Below are positions 24,201 through 36,665 of a stretch of DNA of 64,000 bases, in pieces (position 1 is the first letter of the stretch; each line of letters begins with the position of its first letter). The translations under genes and the position numbers were made by a program. The notes below the pieces were generated by a model, which saw only the letters and a list, made by a program, of their open reading frames with translations, had not been told where the DNA came from and searched no databases. This stretch comes from Felis catus (taxonomy: Eukaryota): contig NC_058368.1 of NCBI RefSeq assembly GCF_018350175.1, positions 88,228,001 to 88,292,000 of the forward strand, read 5' to 3'.

Positions 24201-24439
24201 AAACATTTTTTAATAAAATAAAAACATTTTAACTTAAAAACATTTATTTTTGAGAGACAGGGAGAGACAGAGCATGAGCATGGGAGGGGAAGTGAGAAGG
24301 GGAGACACAGAATCAGAAGCAGGATCCAGGCTCTGAGATGTCAGCACAGAGCCCAACATGGGGCTCGGATCCACGAACCGTGAGATCATGACATGAGCTG
24401 AAGTTGGATGCTTAACCAGCTGAGCCACCCAGGTGACCC
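24200..24439 (-). mobile_element. Can-SINE (SINEC_Fc-like)
   Basis: Head gggtcacctgggtggctcagctggttaagc on the minus strand; its tail runs into the TA satellite. Confidence 0.95.
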
Positions 24440-24495
24440 TCAGTGATTATATTTCACAATTTTAGAAATTATGTTTAAAAAGTCTGCTAATTCCT

Positions 24496-24717
24496 GGGGT
24501 GCCTGGGTGGCCCAGTTGGTTAAGTGTCTAATTCTTGATTTTGTCTCAGGTTGTGATCCCAGTGTTGTGGATCAAGCTCCACGTTGGGCTCCATGCTGAG
24601 TGTGAATCTGCTTAAGATTATCCCTCTCCCCCTACCCTCTCCTTCTCTCTCTCTCTTCCTCTGTCCCTCTCCCCCATTCACATGCTTTCTCTCTCTCTAA
24701 AATAAAAACAATGTAAA
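24496..24717 (+). mobile_element. Can-SINE (older subfamily)
   Basis: ggggtgcctgggtggcccag head, CT tract and A-tail; 19-bp TSD aaaaagtc(t/c)g(c/t)taattcct. Confidence 0.95.
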
Positions 24718-24918
24718 AAAAAGTCCGTTAATTCCTAAAGGTTTGCTTTTATATGCTAGCTGTGTAATTGCACCCTTCATTCCTAATTTCAAACAATATT
24801 TCATTTGAAAAATAACATCAATACAGAACTTTTAACAAAAGGAGATTGTGCAGCTGAAAGTTGTCATGAAGGAATTTCTTTTACGGTGGGAACTCCACCC
24901 AGATTAAGAATATAAGGT

Positions 24919-25143
24919 GGGGCCCCTGGGTGGCTCAGTCGGTTGGGTGTCCAACTTTGGCTCAGGTCACGATCTCATGGTTTGTGAGTTTGAGCCCCAT
25001 ATCGGGCTCTGCACTGACAGCTCGGAGCCTGGAGCCTGCCTTGGATCCTGTGTCTCCCTCTCTCTCTGCCCCTCCCCCACTCACACTCTGTCTCTCTCTT
25101 TCTCTCAAAAATGAATAAACGTTAATAAAAAATTTTTAAAAAA
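24919..25143 (+). mobile_element. Can-SINE (SINEC_Fc-like)
   Basis: ggggcccctgggtggctcagtcgg head, gctgacagctcggagcctggagcc body and A-tail. Confidence 0.95.
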
Positions 25144-25149
25144 ACAATA

Positions 25150-26830
25150 GAAGGTGTCTGGTACACCTGAAGCATCCTGTGCTCCTCCTAATAATTCCCT
25201 CTTCCCTCCTCCTTGAAACCTCCTAAGGGCAACCACTATCCTGACTTTATAAAAGCAATTTCCTGTCTTTCATTAAATCTGTGTTCCTGTTTAGTATTGC
25301 ATGGAGCTATACAGTATATGTTCCATTGTTTTCAGCTGGTTTTTTTACTCAGTAGAACTGCAGGGTTGCTGCATACTGTTGCTTGCTGTAGCCTTTTTTG
25401 TTGCTGTATATTATTCCATTGCATGAATATACCACTATTTTTTAAAGGCCTTCTTCTGTTGCTGCATATTTGGTTTTACCTATGTTTGGAACAATTGTGA
25501 ATAATAAGGGTATGAGATACCTTCTTAATATTGCTTGGTGTACATGTGCATGTATCTCCTTTTCATGTACACCTAAACATGGATTGCTAGGTCAAAGGAT
25601 GGAAACATATTTAACTTTAGTAGGTAATGCCGAACCAGTTGAATCAATTTAAACTTTCCCTAGCAGTGTGTGAGAATTTTAGGTGTTCTACATGGTCAAG
25701 TTTTATTTTATTTTTAAATATTAGTATTGTAATGGGTATAGTTTTAATTTGCATTTCTCTGATGTATAATGATGTTGGCCATTGGGATAATCTTTTTTAT
25801 AAAGTGTCCATTGAAGTCTCGTCTCTTTGGGATGGGTTATCAATTCCCCCCCCTCAATTTTTTGGAATTCTTTAGATTTATCAGTTTTAAATTTCTTAAA
25901 CTCTATGGCTTTTTCCTATTTAATGTCTTATTTTTTTTTAAAATAATGTTTATTTACTTTTCACAGAGACACAGAGAGAGACAGAGAGTGAGCAGGGGAA
26001 GGGCAGAGCAAGAGAGGGAGACACAGAATCCAAAGCAGGTTCCAGGCTCTGAGCTGTCAGCACAAAGCCCGACATGGGGCTTGAACCCACCAACCGATGC
26101 TCAACTGACTGAGCCACTCAGGCACCCCCTATCTTAGTGTCTTCTGCTGAGTAGAAAGATTTAATTATGTCAAAATTTTCATACTCTCCCCTCATAGCTA
26201 ATGCTTTTTATGTGTGCATACACATTTAAAAATAATTATTTGCCTATAACCAGGTTATGAAAATATTTTACATTATCTGCTAGAGGCTTTGTTTTGTCTT
26301 TCGCAGTTGGATGTCAGTGCACCTGGAGTCGGCAAGGTGGGAGGGAGAGTTGAGTTTCCTCACTGTTCAGGTGGTTATGGAAAGCACCACCACTCTTTCT
26401 CCACCGCCTGCATCAGGTGTCCATGTGGACATGTGTCTGTTCCTCCACTATCTATTCCATTCCTGGCTCATGAGTTTATTTGAACACCAACACCTCTCTG
26501 TCTTAATCACTGTGGTTTACTGTATCCAAGGGAGCAAATCTTGCCACTGTGTGGCAGCAAGTGTGTCTTGGCTATTTGTACCTTTACACTTCTGTATAAA
26601 TTTTAGAATCAGCTTGTCAATTTTCACAACATGATGGGATTTTTATTGCAATAGCATTGACTTTATACTCCAGTTGGGGAAGAATTGACACCTTACATAT
26701 TGGGTGTTCCCGCTCATGCCCATGACATGGCTCTCTGTTTATTTAGGGATTCTTTAATTTCTCTTAATACTGTCCATAATTTCAGGGGTAGAGATCCTGC
26801 ACATATTTTGCTAGATTTTTCCCCTTCAGG
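25150..26830 (-). mobile_element. Ancient, highly diverged L1 3' fragments
   Basis: Antisense L1-like phrases (ttccattgcatgaatataccac, gttttaatttgcatttctctgat, aattttagaatcagcttgtca); boundaries approximate. Confidence 0.6.
25931..26128 (-). mobile_element. Can-SINE (SINEC_Fc-like)
   Basis: SINE body and head on the minus strand; imperfect TSD cctat(t/c)t(a/t)a(t/g)tgtctt. Confidence 0.93.
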
Positions 26831-26866
26831 AGATATTTTTTTTTTTATTCTGTGGCACATGGTAAT

Positions 26867-27234
26867 TGGTCCTAGGTTGAACTGATTGAATTTATTGCAG
26901 CTGACTTTCTCAGTAGATGGGGTGTGGGTTGGCAGCACAGGCAGAAGAGGAAGCCAAGCTATGATGTGGTCCACACTGAAGTCAGGGGAAGGTGGTGCCC
27001 AAGAGCTGGTGGCAGAGTTGTTGCCACCTTGATTGAGGCAAGGAGCTGGCTGTCCCTTCAGTCTGTACATGGTCCTTGGCTGAGGGCTGTTCTCCAGGGG
27101 AGGTGCTGTCCTCTCAGGCACTCCGACTGAGAAGGGACAGTGGTGAGCTTCTATGGTCAGCACCCCAGACGCTGGCTGTTGGCACCTTGGCTGCTATGGA
27201 AGGTCTGGCAGGGAAACCAAGGGCATCCACCACA
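26867..27234 (-). mobile_element. LTR16-like ERVL LTR
   Basis: Minus strand starts TGTGGTGGATG and contains gcagccctcagccaa, ccttgcctcaa...ggtggcaacaactctg, AATAAA and an aacctaggac end, as in LTR16 consensus sequences. Confidence 0.65.
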
Positions 27235-27342
27235 TCCTGGCTTCTCTTAGTAAAGCCACTCTATCTGCCCACTTCCTTGGGATTGTACGGTCACAATTCT
27301 GAGAGAATGTTGAAGAGGACAGTCTGTGGGATAAGCCACAAC

Positions 27343-27389
<47 letters not shown>

Positions 27390-29660
27390 CCCTGAGCCCC
27401 ATGACGCTCGCCACCCCCTCTTCTAGCCCCCATTCCACATCCTGCTTGCCTTCGCCAGCCTGGCCTCTTCATCCCTGAGGAGTCTGACACTTGCCCCTTC
27501 TGGTCACAACTGGGCATGGAAGAGCCAAAGATCCCCAGTTGCCTGGGTCCTGGCCATATCCTTTCTGTCCCTGCATCCCCTGGGGTGCCCTAGCCTGAGT
27601 CCTTCTTTTGGTCAAGGCCCACCAACGCTGCCAGCCCACGGACTCAAGCAGGCACAGTCAGAGCCTGGAGTCCAACAGGACTCTTACAATGCACCCTGCT
27701 GGAAGTATCTCCTTTTTGGAGACCGAGACCCTGCACCATAGTGGCCATTGTAATGCCCCATCATGGCAGGGCTCTTTCTCCAAGACAGTGCCTCACTAAA
27801 CCTTCCAGAGGCCAATCAGAGGCAGCTTCCAGGTGGTGGGATGGCTGGATCCCATGGTCATGTTGTAAAGGGGGCCATAGTGGAGTTCTGTGGGACCCCA
27901 CGTAAGTCAACGAAACCTGGGTGTGCTGAGATGGGTGCTGGCTGAATTACTGTGGGTGGCAAAGGCAGGCCTGTCCTTGGGACATAGGATGGCCTTGACC
28001 CAGATGGAACTTTGTCCAGGGCAGGCAGCATGGCCCTGAGTTGTTGGGTAACTTCAAGGGGTCGTGCTGTACAGGACCCCAGCCTTGGCCTCTGGCTGAC
28101 AGTGGATGCTCGTGGGTGAGAGGCAGGTCCAGCCTCTCTGTCTGCCATCACAGCTCTCCAGAGCTCCCTGCACAGCACTTGGTAGATGCTCTCAGATGGG
28201 CTTCACATGCCTCTTCCCCTAACCTCTTTCCCCCTGCTCTCCCAGTTTGCTCCCTCCAGGCCCCTGCCCAACTAGCCTTACCATTTGGTGCTCATCTTTA
28301 GCTGGATGGTCCCTCATGCACCTTTCATACCCTTATCCTGGGCCACAGGTGCCCTGCCAGGAGCTCTGCCCATTGGGAGGCCCCTCACCACTATTTTCAA
28401 GGCTACGCCTGGATGCAGTAGAAGTCGGCTCTCTGAACCAAACATCTGGCTTTGTCTTGTTCTGTCAGCTGGTCATGGGGCCCTCAGCTGGTGGTGGGGG
28501 GATGAGGAAAGATGTTCACAAAACGACAGTATGGGGTCGCACTTGTTTTTCAGCCTATTGTTCCCTTTGGACTTCTGTGGACCCAATCCCAATGAACCAT
28601 GGTGGTGAGTGGCAAGGCCACATAACCTTATTACTCCTGGGCTCAGCCCACTGCAGGCAGCTCTGGTCACAGGGTTGCTCAAATTCCATGCCCAGATGCT
28701 TGCTTCCTGCCAGGGTCGGGTGCATTCCAGGGTCTGCACACATGGTGAATAAGAGGCTCGGCCTGCAAACCTCTTCCACTGGAGGTGGTCAGATGCTCCA
28801 CACATTGTCTGTCTGCTCTCCAGAGGTATCTGGTGCCCCTGGATCCTAAATCTCACACCAATGGGGCAGGTCTCTGAATCTCTCACCACACACTCCTCAG
28901 AGTACAAGTATCTTTTTAAGGGACCCAGTTTGTCTGGCTTTGGGGGACTTGGAGACTGACTATACGTGGAGACACTGGAACAGGCCTGGACCAATACCTT
29001 ACCTGTTCTAAGACCCCATATGTGCTTTGTCTACTAGGAGAACCATGTGGCACTTTGAGTCCACAGCTGTCAGAGTGGACTTGGACCCTGTGTTCTACAG
29101 CCTTTGAAAGATCTGGGGACCACCTCTCCCCAGATATGATTACTGTGTAAATGGCATAGATCATCCCCACCATACACTCTTGCCAGGAGATGCTTAGGTT
29201 CTGGGTTTGAAAACTGGCTCACACACAAAAGCAAGGGGAGAAATTACACTTTGCATGGGGATGGCTGTCTCTCTGCCTTTTGCTCATTCCAATTTTGTAT
29301 ATTAACTGTTTCTCTATCCTGCCCCAGAAACACCATGTTTTCACTGGGTTCATCCCCACAGACCCCTGAGGGTTAGATCCCTTGGCTGCCATTCTGGCTC
29401 TGCTTCCCTTTATGGTAATTATGTCCACCCTGCTGCTGATAATTGTGACCCCACTGTTCCGCGGTCCATCTTCTCCATGGTGACCAGGGAGCACAGTTTG
29501 GGAGCTGTGTCTCCCACATTTAGCTCTACCTACAGAGGGCATCTCAGCTCTCTGGGGCACAACATATGCCCCTGACACGTGCAGTGTTTCTAAGTTCCTC
29601 CTGTGGAATGTGGCAGTTACTAGTCTGTGATCTCACATAACTCACATATTCTGGCATGCC
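27235..29660 (-). mobile_element. Degenerate ERVL internal sequence (ERV3-16A3-like), including a protease remnant near 29020-29165
   Basis: Minus-strand reading ...PFT...FQRL*NTGSKSTL...DSKCH resembles ERVL protease (PFT...FRGLLDTGSELTL...DPKRH); lies next to the LTR16-like LTR. Confidence 0.5.
27344..27388. repeat. Pure (CTG)15 / (CAG)15 trinucleotide repeat
   Basis: 45 bp of uninterrupted CTG. Confidence 0.99.
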
Positions 29661-30025
29661 CACCTCTGCAAAAAGGCCACTGGGATTTTGACAGGCATTG
29701 CACTAAATCTTTGGAGAATATTGCCAACCTAACAAATTAAGTCTTACAATCCATGAACACTGGATGTCTTTCCATTTATTTAGGTCTTTAATTTTTCTTA
29801 GCAATGTTTTGAGTTTCCAGTGTACAAGTCTTGTACCTCCTTGGTAAGTGTGTTATTCTTTTTGATGCTATTGTAAATTGAATTGTTTTTTTTATTTCCT
29901 TTTCAGATTGTCCATTGCTAGTGTATACAAATACAACTGATTTTTGTGAATTGATTTTGCATCCTATAAATCTTATGAATTCTTAAATTAGCTCTAATAT
30001 TTTTGGTTGGTTATTTAAATTTTCT

Positions 30026-30192
30026 GTTTTTAAGTTTATTTATTTATTTTGAGAGAGAGGGAGAGAGGCAGAGAGAGAATCCCAGTCAGGCTCCTTGATG
30101 TCAGCACAGAGCTCATGTGGGGCTCTCACAAACTGTGAGAAACCTGAGCCAAAATTAAGAGTTGGATCCTTAACCGACTTGAGTCACCTTGG
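30026..30192 (-). mobile_element. Can-SINE (older, diverged)
   Basis: tttatttattttgagagagag...gagaatccc...cttaaccgacttgagtcacc. Confidence 0.85.
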
Positions 30193-30477
30193 TTTTTTTC
30201 TATATATAAAACCATGTCATCTGAGAACAGAGATAGTTTTAACTCTTCTTTTCCAATTTGGATGCCTTTTATTTCTTTTTCTTATCTAATTGCTCTGGCA
30301 AGGGCTTCCAATATAATATTGAATAACAGTGGGAAAGGAAGCATCCTTGTCTTGTCCTGAACTTTGGGGAAACTTATCAATCTTTAATTGCTGAGTGGGC
30401 TGTTGGCTGTGGATTTTCACATGGGCCCTTTATCATGTTCAGAATGCCCCTTCTGTTATTAGTTTATTGAACATTGT

Positions 30478-30534
30478 TAGATAGATGGATAGATAGATAG
30501 ATACATAGATACATAGATAGATAGATGATAGATA
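30478..30534. repeat. (GATA)n compound microsatellite
   Basis: tagatagatggatagatagatagatacatag... Confidence 0.95.
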
Positions 30535-31636
30535 TTCAATATTCTGAAATGCTTTTTTTAACTTTATATATCTTTATCCAGAATATATAAATAATTACAA
30601 ATCAATAAGAAAAAGACAACAGTAGAAAAATAGGAAAACAATTCATTAATTGAGATGGTTATGTGTTTTTTCTATTAATACATACTTTACATTGATTAAT
30701 TTTTGTATGTTGAACTGAACTTGGATTCCTGGAATAAATCCCATTTGGTCATGGTGTATCATACCTTTAACATTCTGTTGAATTCATCTTTACTAGTCTT
30801 TCATTGAGAATTTTCCCATCTACATTCATGAGAGATATTGTTTGTTCTTTGTTTTCTTGTGGTGTCTTTGTCACCACATCACTTTGGTGGCTTTGGTGTT
30901 AGGATAATACTGGCCTCTTAGAATGAGTTAAGAAGTGTTCCCACCTCTTCTAAATTTTGGAAGAGTTTGAGAATGATTGGTGTTGATTCTTCTTTAAGTG
31001 TTTGGTAGAATCCACCAGTGAAGCCACCTAGTCCTGAGCTTCTCTTTGTTGGAGGGTTTTGCTTGTTGACTCAATCTCTTTGCTTGTTGTAGGTCCATTC
31101 AGATTTCCTATTTCTTCTTGAGGCTGTTTGGGTAGTCTGTGTGTTTCTAGGAATTGGCATATTTACCTGGGCTAATTTGTTGGCATACAGTTGTTCATTG
31201 TGATGAATGAATGATATTTCTTATTTCTGTAAGGTCAGTAGGAATGTCACCACTTACTGATTTTTGTCAGTTTGAGTCTTTTCTCCTTTTTTCTTGGTCA
31301 GGTCTAGCCAAAGTTTTGTCAATTTTGTCGACCTTTTCAAAGAACCAACTTTTCATTTCATTGACTTTCTTTTTTCTATTCTTATTTCTGCTTTAATCGT
31401 TTTTAGTTCCTTCTGCTATCTTGAGTTCAGTTTGTTGTTCTTTGTCTAATTCTTTACAGTATAAAGCTGGTTATTTATTTGAGATGTTTCCTCTTTATAT
31501 AGATGTTTACAGCCATAAATCTTCCTCTGAGTACTGCTTCTGCTGCATGCCCAAATTTTTATTCATCATAAAATACTTTCTAATTTTCTTTGTGATTTCT
31601 TCTTTGACCCATTGATTGTTTAAAAACATCTTGTTA

Positions 31637-32052
31637 ATGGATGGACATAGAGGGTGTTATGCTAAGTGAAATAACTCAGATAAAGAAAGACAAATACCAT
31701 GTGATTTCAGTTATATATGGAAACTGAAAGACAAAAACAATGAATAAATAAACGAACAAACAAAAAGAAGGAACAGAACCATAAATACAGAGAAATGGTG
31801 GTTGCCAGAGGGTGGAGGGGGAGAGGAAGATGGGTGAAAGGATGAAATGGGAACAGAGGCTTCCAGTTATGGAATGACAAAGTCACAGGGATAAAAGGAA
31901 CAGCATAAGGAATATAGTCAATTGTATTGTAATAGTGTTTATGGTGACAGCAGTTACACTTGTGAGCATAGCACAAGGCATAGAATTGTTGGATCATTAT
32001 GCTGTATGCCTGAAACCAATCTAACCTTGTGTGTCACCTCTACTCAAAAAAA
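31637..32052 (+). mobile_element. 5'-truncated L1 3' end (carnivore/L1MA9-like)
   Basis: atggatggac...atgctaagtgaaata...gaaagacaaatacca, followed by a 3' UTR ending in an A-run. Confidence 0.88.
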
Positions 32053-32060
32053 GTATTGTT

Positions 32061-32277
32061 GGGGCTCCTGGGTGGCGCAGTCGGTTAAGCGTCCGACTTC
32101 AGCCAGGTCACGATCTCGCGGTCCGTGAGTTCGAGCCCCGCGTCGGGCTCTGGGCTGATGGCTCAGAGCCTGGAGCCTGTTTCTGATTCTGTGTCTCCCT
32201 CTCTCTCTGCCCCTCCCCCGTTCATGCTCTGTCTCTCTCTGTCCCAAAAATAAATAAATGTTGAAAAAAAAATTTAA
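32061..32277 (+). mobile_element. Young SINEC_Fc
   Basis: CpG-rich, near-consensus body; perfect 15-bp TSD aaaaaaagtattgtt (32046-32060 and 32278-32292). Confidence 0.98.
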
Positions 32278-32732
32278 AAAAAAAGTATTGTTTAATTTCC
32301 ACATATTTGTGAATTTTTTAGTTTTCCTTCTGTTATTGATTTCTAGTGTCATTCTATTGTGGTTGGAGAAGATACAATGTATGATTTCAGTGTTTTTTAA
32401 TTTATCAAGGCTTGTTTTGTAGTCTAATGTATGCTCTATCCTGGAGAATGTTCCATGTGCATTTTACAAAACTATGCATTTTGCTGTTTTGGGGTAGAGT
32501 CCTGTGCACCTGCCTTTTAGGCCCAGCTGGTCTATAGTGCTATTCAAGTCCTCCATCCTTCTGTTGGTTTTCTGTCTGTTGTTCTACACATCCATGGAGG
32601 TGGGGTATTGAAGTTTTCAACTGTTCTTGTAGGACTGTCTATTTCTCTTTTCTATTCTGTTGATTTTTTCTTTATATATTTTCAGGATTTCTTGCTAGGT
32701 GCATGTATGTTTGTAATTGTTATATTTTTATA

Positions 32733-32765
32733 AATTTTTAAATTTTTAAAAAATGTTTATTTATT

Positions 32766-32802
<37 letters not shown>

Positions 32803-32962
32803 ATGAGTGGGGCAGAGAGAAAAAGGGAGACAAAGAATCTGAAGCAGGCTCTAGGTCCGAGCTGTCAGCACAGAGCCCGATGCGGGATTGAACTCACAAA
32901 CTGCGAGATCATGACCTGAGCTGAAGTTGGACACTTAACTGACTGAGCCACCCAGGCGCCCC
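32733..32962 (-). mobile_element. Can-SINE (SINEC_Fc-like) with expanded (GA)n
   Basis: Head at 32962; TSD tatatttttata. Confidence 0.95.
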
Positions 32963-33545
32963 ATATATTTTTATATTTTTTAACGGATTGAGCCTTCTTT
33001 TAATATATAATGTCCTTCATTGTCTCTTATAACACTTTTTACTGAAAGACTAATTTGTCTCTTTAGCCATCTCAACTTTTTCTCAGTTAATATTTGTTTA
33101 ACGTAGAATAAATACCTTTTTCCATTCTTTCATTTTTTAACTTTTTACTTAAATTATGCTTCGTTAACATTATATAAAACTTACATTAGTTTCAGGTGTA
33201 GAATTTAGTGATTTAACAATTCCATATAACACCCAGTGCTCATCACAACAAGTGAACTCCTTAATCCTTATCACTTATTTTACCTACCCTCCACCCACCT
33301 CCCCTCTGGTAACCATCAGTTTGTTTTCTATAGTTAAAGGGTCTGTTTCTTGGTTTCTCTCTCTCTCTCTTTTTATTTTCCCTATGCTACTTTGTTTTGT
33401 TCCTTAAATTCCAAATGAGTGGAAATCATATTGTATTTGTCTTTCTCTGACTGACTTACTTCACTTAGCATAATAACAGTCTAGCTCCACCCATGTCATT
33501 GCAAATGGCAAGATTTCATTATTTTTTGTGGCTGAGTAGTATTCC

Positions 33546-33547
<2 letters not shown>

Positions 33548-33590
<43 letters not shown>
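33548..33590. repeat. (TG)n microsatellite, ~21 units
   Basis: Pure TG run inside an L1 3' region. Confidence 0.98.
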
Positions 33591-33593
<3 letters not shown>

Positions 33594-35422
33594 CTACTTA
33601 TTCTTTATCCATTCATTGGTTGATGGACATTTGGGGTGTTTACATAATTTGCCAATGTAGATAATGCTGTTATAAACATCAGGGTACATGTATCCCTTCT
33701 AATTATTATTTTTATGCTCTTTGGGTAAATACCTAGTAGTGCAATTGCTAGATCATAGGATAGTTCTATTTTTAAAATTTTCAGTAACCTCCATAGTGTT
33801 TTCCAGGGTGGTTGCACCAGTTTGCTTTCCAACAGTGTATGAGGATTCTCCTTTCTCCTCATCCTTGCCAACACCTGTTATTTCTTGTGTTGTTCATTTT
33901 AGCCATTCTGACAGGTGTGAGGTGGTATCTCATCATGGTTTTGATTTGCATTTTCCTGATGATCAGTGATGATGAGCATCTTTTCATGTGTCTGTTAGCC
34001 ATCTCTGTGTCTTCTTTGGGAAAATGTCTATTCATGTCGTCTGCTTATTTTAAAATTGGATTATTTGTCCTTTGAGTGTTGAGTTTTATACATCCTTTAT
34101 ATATTTTGGACACTAGCCCAGATATGTCACTTGCAAATATTTTTTCCCATTCTGTAGGTTGTCTTTCAGTTTTATTTATTGTTTCATTCCATGTGCCTAA
34201 GCTTATTTTGATGTAGTCCCAGTAGCTTATTTTTGCTTTTGTTTCCTTCACCTTAGGAGATGTATCTAGAAAGAAGCTGCTATTGCTGATGCCAAGGACT
34301 ACTGCCTGAGTTCTGTTCTAAGATTATTTTATTCCAGATCTCACATATAGGTTGTTAATCCATTGAATTTATTTTTGTGTATGGTGTAAGAAAGTGGTAC
34401 AGTTTATTCATTTGCATGTTGCTGACCATTTCCCCCAACATCTTTTGTTGAAGAGATAATCTGCTTCCCATTGGATATTCTTTCCTGCTTGGTTGAAGAT
34501 TAATTGACCATATAATTGTGGGTTCATTTCTGGCTTTTCTATTCTGTTCCATTAACCTATGTGTCATTTTTGTGCCAGTATTATATATTTTTTATTGTTA
34601 CAGATTTGTAATATAACTTGAAGTCTGGAATTGTGATGCCTCCAGCTTTGCTTTGCTTTTTCAAGGTTGCTTTGACTATTCAGAATCTTTTGCAGTTCCA
34701 TGCAAATTTTGGATTGTTTGTTCTAGCACTGTAAAAAAAAATGCCATTGGTATTGATAGGGATTGCATTAAATGTGTAGATTGCTTTGAGTCGTATAGAT
34801 ATCTTAACAATACATTTTCTTCTAATCCATGAGCATGGAATGTTTTTCCATTTCTTTGTGTCATTTTCAATTTCTTTTATAAGCGTTCCATAGTTTTCAG
34901 AGTACAGGTCACCTTTTCAATTAGGTTTGTTCCTAGATATCTTATGGATTTGGTAGTATTGTAAATGGGATTGGTTTCTTAATTTTTCTTTCTGCTGCTT
35001 AATTATTGGTGTATAGAAATGCAACAGATTGCTGTATGTTGATTTTGTATCTGACTACTTCATTGGTTTTGTGTATAAGTTCTACCTGTTTTTTGGTGGA
35101 GTCTTTCTGGTTTTCTATATATAGTATCATGTCATGTGCAAATAGTGAAACTTTTACTTCTTCCTTGATGATTTGGATACTTTTTACTTCTTTTTGTTGT
35201 CTAATTGCTGAGGCTAGGACTTCTAGTACTATATTAAGTAACAGTGGTGAGAGTGGACATCCCTGTATTGTCCCTGACTGTAAAAGGAAAGCCCTCAGTT
35301 TTTTCCCATTTAGAATAATATTAGCTGTATGTTTTTCATAGACAGACTATGTTATGTTGAGGTATACTCCCTCTAAACCTACTTTGTTGAGTTTTTTGTT
35401 TGTTTTCAATGCTTATTTATTT

Positions 35423-35653
35423 ATTTATTTATTTAAAAAAATTTTTTTTTCAACGTTTATTTATTTTTGGGACAGAGAGAGACAGAGCATGAACGGGCGA
35501 GGGGCAGAGAGAGAGGGAGACACAGAATCAGAAACAGGCTCCAGGCTCTGAGCCATCAGCCCAGAGCCCGACGCGGGGCTCGAACTCACGGACCGCGAGA
35601 TCGTGACCTGGCTGAAGTCGGACGCTCAACCGACTGCGCCACCCAGGCACCCC
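35423..35653 (-). mobile_element. Young SINEC_Fc nested in the tail of another SINE
   Basis: TSD aatgcttatttattt at 35408-35422 and 35654-35668. Confidence 0.97.
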
Positions 35654-35860
35654 AATGCTTATTTATTTTTGAGAGAGGGAGAGAGAGACAGAACCTGAGA
35701 AGGGGAGGGGCAGAGAGAGAGGGAGGCACAGAATCCAAAGCAGGCTCCAGGCTCTGAGCTGTCAGCACAGAGCCCGACGTGGGGCTAGAACTCAGGGACT
35801 GTGAGATCATGACCTGAGCTGAAGTCAGACACTTAACTGACTGAGCCACCCAGGTGCCCC
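35654..35860 (-). mobile_element. Can-SINE (SINEC_Fc-like), host of the nested SINE
   Basis: Head ggggcacctgggtggctcagtcagttaag at 35860; tail continues at ~35392-35422. Confidence 0.95.
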
Positions 35861-36440
35861 GAGTTGTTTTTGTTTTTGTTTTTTTAATGAATGGATGTTG
35901 TACTTTGTCAAATGCTTTTTTTTTTTGCATCTACTGAAAGGATCATATGGTTTTAATTCTTTCTTTTATTAGTGGTGTATCACATTGATTGGTTTGTGAG
36001 TATTGAACCACCCTTGCACCACTTGATAGTGGTAAATGATTTTTAATGTACTGTTGGATTTGGTTTGCTAGTATTTTATGGACAATTTTTGCATCCATAT
36101 TCATCAGGGCTATTGGCCTATAGTTCTCCTTTTTAGTGGAGTCTTTATCTAATTTTGGTATCAGTGTAATGCTGGCTTCCTAGAGTGAATTTGGAAGTTT
36201 TCTTTCATTTTTCTATTTTCTATATTTTCTTTCACAGTTTGAGAAGAATAGGTATTAATTCTTTCTTAAATGTTTGGTAGAATTCACCTCTGAGGCCCTT
36301 TGTTACTGGACTTTTGTTTCCTGGGATTTTTTTGATTACTTATTCAATTTCTTTGCTGGTTATCAGTCTGCTCAAATTTTATAGTTCTTTCTGTTTCAAT
36401 TCTGGTGATTTATATGTTTCTAGGAATTTATCCATTTCTT

Positions 36441-36665
36441 TTTTTATTTTTAATTTTTTTTTCAACGTTTATTTATTTTTGGGACAGAGAGAGACAGAGC
36501 ATGAACGGGGGAGGGGCAGAGAGAGAGGGAGACACAGAATCGGAAACAGGCTCCAGGCTCTGAGCCATCAGCCCAGAGCCTGACGCAGGGCTCGAACTCA
36601 CGGACCGCGAGATCGTGACCTGGCTGAAGTCAGACGGTTAACCGACTGCGCCACCCAGGCGCCCC
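36441..36665 (-). mobile_element. Young SINEC_Fc
   Basis: Perfect 18-bp TSD ggaatttatccatttctt (36423-36440 and 36666-36683). Confidence 0.98.

Larger units (their letters stand above)
29670..33130 (-). mobile_element. Old L1 (L1M-type) ORF2 remnant, interrupted by younger insertions
   Basis: Antisense ORF2 RT-to-EN motifs (ccatgaacactggatgtctttccatttattt; ggtagaatccaccagtgaagcca; ctggagaatgttccatgtgc). Confidence 0.85.

Noticed and set aside
27076..27517. PolyQ/polyA/polyS protein ORFs
   Set aside because: Produced by the (CTG)15 repeat within a decayed ERVL; no splice or homology support
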